Positions 56,543 through 64,000 of a stretch of 64,000 nucleotides of DNA are shown here, piece by piece. The translations under genes and the position numbers were made by a program. Source of the DNA: Flectonema sp. DT1601 (Eukaryota); contig OZ025795.1 of the NCBI GenBank assembly GCA_964019425.1, positions 248,001-312,000 on the forward strand, in the 5' to 3' direction. The notes under the pieces are model-generated. The model had not been told where the DNA came from and did not search any database. It saw only the letters and a list, made by a program, of their open reading frames with translations. Position 1 is the stretch's first letter, and the number at the start of each line of letters is the position of its first letter.

Positions 56543-58477
56543 TTAGATACTTAGCTCTCCAAGTGTGGATTCTGGCACCACTGAAGGAAGTGAAGGTTTA
56601 TTTCTCTTAGGACGTGTATTGTATTTCGGAGCTGTCGCAGGTACAGGGGCAGGTATTAGCTGCGGTGAGTCATCGCCATTCGGTTTATTAGTTTTGTCCT
56701 TTTTGTCCTTTTTCTCTTTTTTATTTTTTTTTTCCTTCTTGTTCGAATCATCTTCCACTTCTTTCTTGTCTTTTTTATCTTTCTTATCTTTTTTATCTTT
56801 TTTTTCCTTCTTGTCTTTCTCTTCTTTTTTCTCTTTTTTCTCTTTTTTTCGTTTTTTTACTTTTTTATCAGTCTGATCATCTGCTGGGATATCGTCTTGT
56901 TCAGTCGCAACAAACCCACCGAATGGTAATCGAGGATGGTATTTCATGAGACGAAGCCTGTGGTAGTTGATATCACAAGTGTTGCATAACGAACCGCAAA
57001 TTTCACAGCTTATGGTTGCCTCAGAACGACATTCAAAGCAAACTTTGCTAACTCCGTCATCCCCTATTGATATTCCAGTCATTTCTTCGTCATCAAGTTT
57101 TCCATATGACTTATTCTTGTGAGTCTTTTTTTGAATTTTCAATTCATTTCTATTTCCACTCGAACACAGAGACGCTTTGAATATATCGGATTCTAATTTC
57201 TGTCTAACACTCTCCGCCATGTAGGGACAAACCGCATCAATTTTTGAATCTCTAATTCTAAATCGACGTTCTCTTCCACTGAGTTTTTCCGATTGCGCGA
57301 TTCCAATAATTGTATCGATACAGAGATATTCATTAACGCTACTAAGAATTGTTAATGGTGGCATCACTAAGGGAAGTAGACCTAAGAACGCTACGAGAGA
57401 TGGAAGGAAACAGATTGCGATTAAAAAAAGTCCTCCTCTCACCAACCAGAGCCTATGAATAAAATTAGCAGTCGCAGTCGAGAGGTAAAAAACTTGATAC
57501 AAAAGGAGAGTCTGGATCATAACGATAATGAATTGAGGATTTGAAAACCAAAAATGTTTTTTTTGATGCCATGGAAATTTATTTTGATTTTCTGATTTCA
57601 TTGTTTCGATTGCGAATGCAAAGACACGAAATTCTTTTCTAATTTTATACACCGTCAACACAATTACTAGCAAAGGACCATAACCGATAAATATAACCCA
57701 CAGCGCAATAATTGCCAAGTCATTCTCCGTATTCCTCGCAGTGGTATACGTAACAGCTGCTTGAAAACCAACCAACAACGCAAGCATAAACCACGTCAAC
57801 CCAGTTAAGTCGAGGAAGGTAAGTAGTAATTTTCTTTGTTGTTTTTTCATGTATCTTGAAAATGGTATATCTTTGAATCTTGGAGGGACGTTTGATCTAA
57901 AATAATAAATCGCAGCGTACATTTTACTGCCTTCGGTTGTACTGCTGATTAGATGAGAGACTTGAAGTTTTTGAGTTGATTCTCCAGCACTTCCAGGGAG
58001 GATGGTAACATCATTTTCAATGTCCAGAAGCTTTCCTTCAAAAGATGTGTATGCTTGCCATGAACGTTCCACTCCAAAGAACAATACTGAAACCAAAACA
58101 ATGAAGAAGATCGCCATCACAAATATCACAAAGTGAACATAATGGAATAACGCTGCATCGATTATGGTTCCTCCACCAAGATTCTCAAAAATTGCTAATA
58201 TCGCACTTATAGCTCCCAGAATCATAACTTCTTCTGTGATATGATGTAAGACGGCCCTTCCACTCTCTGATGTGACCCGTTCGCTTAAAGTGTCTACGAT
58301 GTACTCTAATAGGATTGTTACGGCGAATACAATAAAATACATTATCATCATATCAATGGCTGAGTGATCAACTTCATTTCCTAACATAAATATACTTTTC
58401 CCTCCCCCAGCTTTCGCTGAGGGAAGGCTTACCAAAACCAATAATAATATAGTGAGGGCGCGAGTCATGGTTATCAT
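56543..58477 (-). CDS. MLO-like multi-pass membrane protein with a C-terminal B-box-type zinc finger and a K/D/E repeat
   Basis: Signal peptide and about 7 TM helices. EEVMILGAISAIL and HFWFSNPQF resemble the MLO motifs ELMLLGFISLLL and FWFxRP. CxxC-x7-CxxC-xx-LCxxCD-xx-YH-x7-H. Confidence 0.78.
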   Translation of the reverse strand: MITMTRALTILLLVLVSLPSAKAGGGKSIFMLGNEVDHSAIDMMIMYFIVFAVTILLEYIVDTLSERVTSESGRAVLHHITEEVMILGAISAILAIFENLGGGTIIDAALFHYVHFVIFVMAIFFIVLVSVLFFGVERSWQAYTSFEGKLLDIENDVTILPGSAGESTQKLQVSHLISSTTEGSKMYAAIYYFRSNVPPRFKDIPFSRYMKKQQRKLLLTFLDLTGLTWFMLALLVGFQAAVTYTTARNTENDLAIIALWVIFIGYGPLLVIVLTVYKIRKEFRVFAFAIETMKSENQNKFPWHQKKHFWFSNPQFIIVMIQTLLLYQVFYLSTATANFIHRLWLVRGGLFLIAICFLPSLVAFLGLLPLVMPPLTILSSVNEYLCIDTIIGIAQSEKLSGRERRFRIRDSKIDAVCPYMAESVRQKLESDIFKASLCSSGNRNELKIQKKTHKNKSYGKLDDEEMTGISIGDDGVSKVCFECRSEATISCEICGSLCNTCDINYHRLRLMKYHPRLPFGGFVATEQDDIPADDQTDKKVKKRKKEKKEKKEEKDKKEKKDKKDKKDKKDKKEVEDDSNKKEKKNKKEKKDKKDKTNKPNGDDSPQLIPAPVPATAPKYNTRPKRNKPSLPSVVPESTLGELSI

Positions 58478-58837
58478 CACATAATTTTCCTTTTTTTTTT
58501 TTTTTTTTTTTCTTTTCTTTTCTGTGTGAGAGAAAGTAAAATTCATATAAAAAAAAAAGATAACTTACAAGTCTCGTCAATCTCACTATTTTTTTTATAT
58601 CCTCCAATCGATCAAAACGATAGCGTCATGTGTTGAATTTGAATGCTGCGATGGTAACTAATTGTAATCTTATCCCAAAACAGTTAAAGTGAGTAGCTTT
58701 AAATGAATAACTCCAACAAAATTAGTGTAAAATAAACGCGAATGAAAACCTGCAGAAACAGGTAGTTGGAACAGATGCGAGAGAGGAAGAAAGAAAAAAA
58801 CTTACAATAACGAGAGAATATTCAGATAAGAAAGGCA

Positions 58838-60628
58838 TCAGTGTTGTTCAGTACCACTGTGCTGTGTTACAAATGTTGTTGACTTTTCGCCAATTAATTG
58901 TTGGGTCGGTTGTACAGTTGGAGATGGTACTACGCTGGAAGAGACAGTGACCGTCTTCTTAGAGTGAATGACCTGATTTTTTATTTTATTTTATTATTTT
59001 TAATTACACCTCGTACACAACCCAACAATACTTTGATAACATACCTTAGAGGTGCTAATCTTCGCAAATAGAATACGAAGAACACGTTCCTTATCAGCCC
59101 AACAAAGTTCAGAGATATCGATCCGATCAGATGATAGATTTTGATTATTTTCATAACTTAAATTACTTCCAAGATGAGGAGGTGGAGGAGGAACTGGATG
59201 ACCTCCGTTTGATGCCAGTGACTGCCTTGCTGATGTTTCACGTGAAGGAGTCATCGACTGTTGTATCGGAGGAAGTTGACCCTTTTCAGCACCAATCAAT
59301 TCACCATCAAGCTCTGTTTCTTGAGTAGTTGTGACTGGTTGAAAATTACCCGCTACAAATCCTTTATATTCTTCTCTTTTAGATTCTGATGATCGTGGTA
59401 TCCGCCGCTGTGATCCGCCACTGTATTGAGTCCGTTTTTGTTCCCTTGATACTTGTAATGATCCTCTTGGAATCTTTGCTTTTCTATCTTTAATTATTTG
59501 TTCTCTGATGTAGTCGAGTGCTTCTGTAAAAAACATTTCTAGTTCACTCCTCTGTTGGATGATTACTCTTGCTAGTCGTTGTATTCTATGCAACTCAACA
59601 GATCTTACTTTTAAAGCTTGTTGTGTGTCTTTTATTGTGTCTTTAAGAAAGAGTGCTTCAGCTTCTTTTTCTTCAAGCACACATCTTCTTTCATCTTCGT
59701 ATTGTTTTATGATGTCGGTTGCATTTTTTTCAAGTTGTCGATTTCTTCCTGTGAGGTCTCTGATTTCTTTGTGTGATTTGTAATTTTGTTTACTGTATTC
59801 GTCAATGGATTGTTTTCCTAGTTGGATTTCACGACTTTTTCTTTTTTTTTCTTCTTCTAAGACTTTACTCTGTTTTGATAACAGAGTGTATTCTTGTTCA
59901 AGTTTTTGATGATTAAGTCGCAACCCGATGTTCTCAGTGTGAATAGTTTTTGTTTGACCGTCAAGTAGCTCCATTGCTTGCTGATTGACAGCTTGTTTGA
60001 ATCTATCAACGAGATCTTTTTCTTCATTTTTAAGTCGAACTTTTTCTTCTAAACTTTGAAATCGTAATTTTGATAGCTCTCTTTCGTATTTTTCTTTTAC
60101 ATTGATGAGATCCTGTTGTAAATTATTTATTTGAGCTTCCATTTCATGTTTCTCACGTTTGTGTCTTGCGACTGATTCCAACTCGTCTTCGAGTTTTTTT
60201 ATTTCTGCCTCTTTATCGTCAACTAAATCATTTTTTACAGCGATAGTCTCTTGGAGTTCTTCTTCACGTTCTCGGAGGGTGTCTGCGGCGTGGTCTCGTT
60301 GTTCTTCAATTTGATTTTTTAAGTTTTCGATAGCTTCTTGTTTCTTCTCTACTTCCTTTCTTAAGAAATCGACTACTTGCAAACTGTCGCGGTCTCTCTC
60401 AAGGATTTCTTCGTGAAGTCGAGCGTTCTCATCTTTTAGTTTAGTCGCCAGTTCGATGTATTGATTTAGAGTTCTTTTTTTACTTTCCAATTCATCGTTG
60501 GCAAATGTTGAAGCAATCAGCATAGACAGCTGGATTTCTAATTCTTGTTTTTCTTTTTCCTTTTCAGTGTCTTTATTTTCCTTTCCTTCTGGGGCTTTTC
60601 CAGCTTTTGGTACTGGTTTTGGAGGCAT
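58838..60628 (-). CDS. BBOF1: Basal body orientation factor 1 (CCDC176)-like; 2 exons (60628-59045, 58972-58838)
   Basis: Coiled coil with RLARVIIQQRSELEMFFTEAL and DISELCWADKERVLRILFAKI; the spliced tail contains TFVTQ. Confidence 0.85.
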
Positions 60629-61668
60629 TGTTTGAAAGTGGCTGTTTCTCTCTCACGATGCGGCCTGTGAATAAGGAAACTGTTTCACTGCAACCTGTGT
60701 GAAATAATAATAATAATAAATATTAATATTAATCATGGGTAATAAGAAATGCCTTCAACCACCCTCAGAGAATGAATTGTACTTTTCCCATAGGGTTTTT
60801 GGTTTGTTTGTTTTCTTTATTTATTTTTTTTTTTTTTTTCTTTTCGTTTCCCTTTTTTTTTCTCTCTTTATTACATACTTTTCAAAATAACAGAAATTGA
60901 AAATATTTTTCAGAGCGTGTTCGTTCATTGTAAGCTCCTCAAGTGAGCGAAAACAATCAACGTCAGCAATAAAAAAAGAAAAAAAAAGGGAAAAAGAAGA
61001 AGAATAAGAAGAAGACAGTATCGCAAGTCAGAGCATAATCAACTGAAAAAAAGAAAAAGGGCAGGCTCTGACATTTTTTTTAAAAGAAAAAGGTCCTTTA
61101 ATCTCAACATTATTTTTTTTTCCTTCTTTTTTTTTTTAATAATAGTTTTTCAAAGAAGAAAAAGGGGGGAAAAGATGTGCAGCAGGTAAGGGACATAAGC
61201 TACGAAAATAATGTGCAGCAAAAAAAAAGTATAAAATATTAAAGTAAGCATAAAACATAATAAACACTTAGGTAATTGTACAGGCAACGTTGTCACGTCA
61301 CAGAGCACACAAGGGTGTGCTTTTTTTTACTTCACGGATATGCAAAGCTGACTTACTTGCAGAGTAAGCTTATCGACCCCTCAAAACAACTTCCCGTGAG
61401 TGCTGAAATCTGTAAAGTTGCGAGATATCTTTCTCGTCAAAAAAAAGAAAAGGGGGAAAAAATATATATAGCAATGTCGGTGTAAAGAAAAGAAACAAAC
61501 AGAGGGACCTCCCGTACATTTTTTTTTTTTTTTCCTTCTTTTTTTTTTTGTTAAACAACACTCGAAAAACAAAACTAGCACGGGAACCAAAGAAAAACAA
61601 AAACATGGAAAAGGGAAAAAAAGGGGACGACTCACATCAGTATCATCATTCCTGTATAGCTAGCAGGT

Positions 61669-63171
61669 TTACATTGTTCCGGCTGTTGCTATCGACTTGT
61701 CAAAGTCGTATGGCTTGCCAGTAATCCGCTCGTACAGCTCTAAAATGTTCTTAGCGGCTCCTTCAAAGTGAGAAGACGAATCGTACGAGTCTGAGATGAA
61801 ACACTTGCTTTCCTTTCCATCATCAAGTGGCTGTTGTTTTATTATTTTAAACACGTCATCGACAACCATACAACAAAACACAATAAATAACATACCTGGT
61901 AAAGGTTCGTGACGGATGTAAATTTCTCAATGACTCCTCTACCCAGCAGGTTAACACCTGGCTCAAGTTCCTTCTCCGGGTTAGAAGTCTCAGCAACTGT
62001 ACTAACAATCGCTAAATACTTTCCTGAAGGAACTACCTTATGAACTTCTGACAATTGAATAATGTGAATGTCGTGTTTACGAACAGGCTTAACCTGACTG
62101 TATGGAATAATAATTTGACACGACTGCTGCTTTGTAGCTTCAACTGGTCTGTCCATCAAACAAATAGTACGAGCAACCTGACCAACCTTCTTCACTCTGT
62201 CGGGAAAGTAAGTTGGATCCCCGACGATAAAACGGGCCTTTGCATATCCTTCTCCGGTCTGAATTCCTTGGAATTGACCTGTTTTATAATTGAATTGGTT
62301 ATTGTATTGTGTGTTAGTAGTAGTAGGGAATAATTGATAGTCAGGTGCTGTTTTTTTTATAAATAAATAACATACCGTCAGCTCCGAAGTCGATCTTCTC
62401 AACAGGAGTGTCCAACATGTAGGTTCCACCGTAGACAGCAGAAAGTCTAGCGAATGCCTGAGGTAGTTCACCTAGTCCATAAAGTGGGTAAACGAATGGG
62501 GAAACAGTACCACCCTCGTACATTGATAAGGATGCCTCGTAAAGAGCAATCTTTTGAATAGTTTCGTAGGCTCTCTTGTCGAGGTACTCCTCAGACTCGT
62601 TGAGAGCAATTGCGTGTCCGATAAACTCAATCGTATCCTTTGAAAGACCAAAGTGAGAGAACACGGCACGCATAGTCTGTTCCATTGGGTTGAGCTTTCC
62701 AAATGTTTTTGGGTTTTCCTTATCAAAGTCTTGCGCCCAGGCAAAGAATTTCGCTGCGCGACGCTTCTCCAAAATTCCCATCAAACTAGAAGACAAAGCT
62801 TCTCTCTCAGTACAAGGTACTTTATAAACGTGTGATCCACGGGCAACAAAACTACCATCGCACAACATGAACTCCATTTGGTATCTGTTGACAACTGTAG
62901 CTCTCAATATTTTAACTAACTCACCGTCAGCTAATAAGAACTTTGCAATCTGATCGACGTTGTAAAGATGAGATTTTCCCATCGATGCTGAAGGCTCTCC
63001 CTTTGAAAAGTTCTTGTACAGCTGGTCTAAATTTAATGACGCGCTCTCTCCTCCGTAGTATCTATTTCTGTCCAAGTGAAGGACCTTTAATCCGGCGACT
63101 GAAAGCAGACCTGATAAGATACATTCAGTTAGACCAGTACCACACACAACTGCATCATATTCTTCCTCCAT
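61669..63171 (-). CDS. GDI: Rab GDP-dissociation inhibitor; 3 exons (63171-62376, 62278-61896, 61830-61669)
   Basis: MEEEYDAVVCGTGLTECILSGLLS..DRNRYYGG, YPLYGLGELPQAFARLSAVYGGTYML and SYDSSSHFE. Confidence 0.97.
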
Positions 63172-63424
63172 TTTGAGAGTGCTCTGTGTGATGTTTAAAA
63201 TATGATAGTAAACTGTAACCTATAACCCATACTACTGCTGTGGTGTTAAGATTCTTACTCCTGTAGGGGGGTAATTGTGGTGCTTTTGGATTAGGGATGG
63301 CAGAAACAAGTCTTTTTGTTTGTAACATTTAGTTCTAAAGAAATTCTAAAAACAGCGACAAGTTCAGATATTATTATTATCTGGAGAGAATTATAGTTTT
63401 TTTTTTTTTTTTAATTACTTTTGA

Positions 63425-63841
63425 TTATTTCGTGTTAAGTAAATCGAGAACTTCTCGAAGGACGTCGTCAGCTCTCTGACCACCAGACTCGAGAGTACTT
63501 ACTACTTCCTGAAGTTGCTGTAAGTGCTCAGTTTTCTTCCGTCTGTCAGGTGACATTGAAGGGGTATTCGGAAGAGGAACGAATCTACGAGGTGTTGGTG
63601 GTGAGTATATAATACGATCTGGTGGGAGTGTTGTATCCCTCACAGCGCTTAATGCCTCTGGTGACCCAGGTCTAAACGGAGACAGACGCTCCCTAAGAGT
63701 TGTTCTTGGAGAGCCGTGAGGTGAATTCTGAGGAGAAGAATCAACAACAAGATGTCGTGGAGACAATGATAACCCTCGAGGTGAACCAGCTCTCAATGGT
63801 GTCATTGCTCTCAGGATTGGTGGAGTATCTGAGGCTGCCAT
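63425..63841 (-). CDS. Small Ser/Pro-rich hypothetical protein (may be incomplete)
   Basis: 138-aa ATG ORF with SP/TP repeats on the coding strand, near the window edge. Confidence 0.55.
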   Translation of the reverse strand: MAASDTPPILRAMTPLRAGSPRGLSLSPRHLVVDSSPQNSPHGSPRTTLRERLSPFRPGSPEALSAVRDTTLPPDRIIYSPPTPRRFVPLPNTPSMSPDRRKKTEHLQQLQEVVSTLESGGQRADDVLREVLDLLNTK

Positions 63842-64000
63842 ACCGAGGATGTCTTGTTTGTCTTTTTCTGTAAAACCAAAATCAGATTTCGATCTATCAA
63901 TTGGTTCTGGAGATTTATATTCCTGAACCTGATGACCACTAAAGTTCTTAAATGAAAAACAATTAGCATCTCTATTCGTACAAAGAGATATCGAACACTG

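Overview
AT-rich eukaryotic window, most likely a euglenozoan of the diplonemid type (inference). About 22 protein-coding genes all lie on the minus strand, many split by short GT-AG introns. Recognisable products are a PP1 phosphatase, a PhyH-like dioxygenase, VWA8, a tandem-CCCH protein, an Aurora-like kinase, DNMT2, three CEP164-like WW paralogs, an MLO-like membrane protein with a B-box, BBOF1/CCDC176 and Rab-GDI. The main finding is that the ~1.05-kb repeat at 26.4-37.4 kb, which the ORF track shows only as short spurious ORFs, is a reiterated polycistronic snoRNA system on the minus strand. It has three arrays holding 51 intact and 4 broken units from 8 families: six box C/D RNAs and two single-hairpin AGA-box (H/ACA-like) RNAs. 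Several guides match conserved rRNA modification sites. One array lies inside a 2.3-kb coding intron of a TPR-like host gene, and a second probably lies in a 3-kb 5'-UTR intron of the same gene. Other oddities are a GC-rich secreted-protein gene bracketed by 181-bp direct repeats, A-rich rather than pyrimidine-rich 3' ends on cis introns, identical tracts between divergent CEP164 paralogs, a dispersed ~160-bp upstream element, a foldback element and a perfect 36-bp palindrome. All rRNA target and protein family assignments come from recalled conserved sequences, not from searches.
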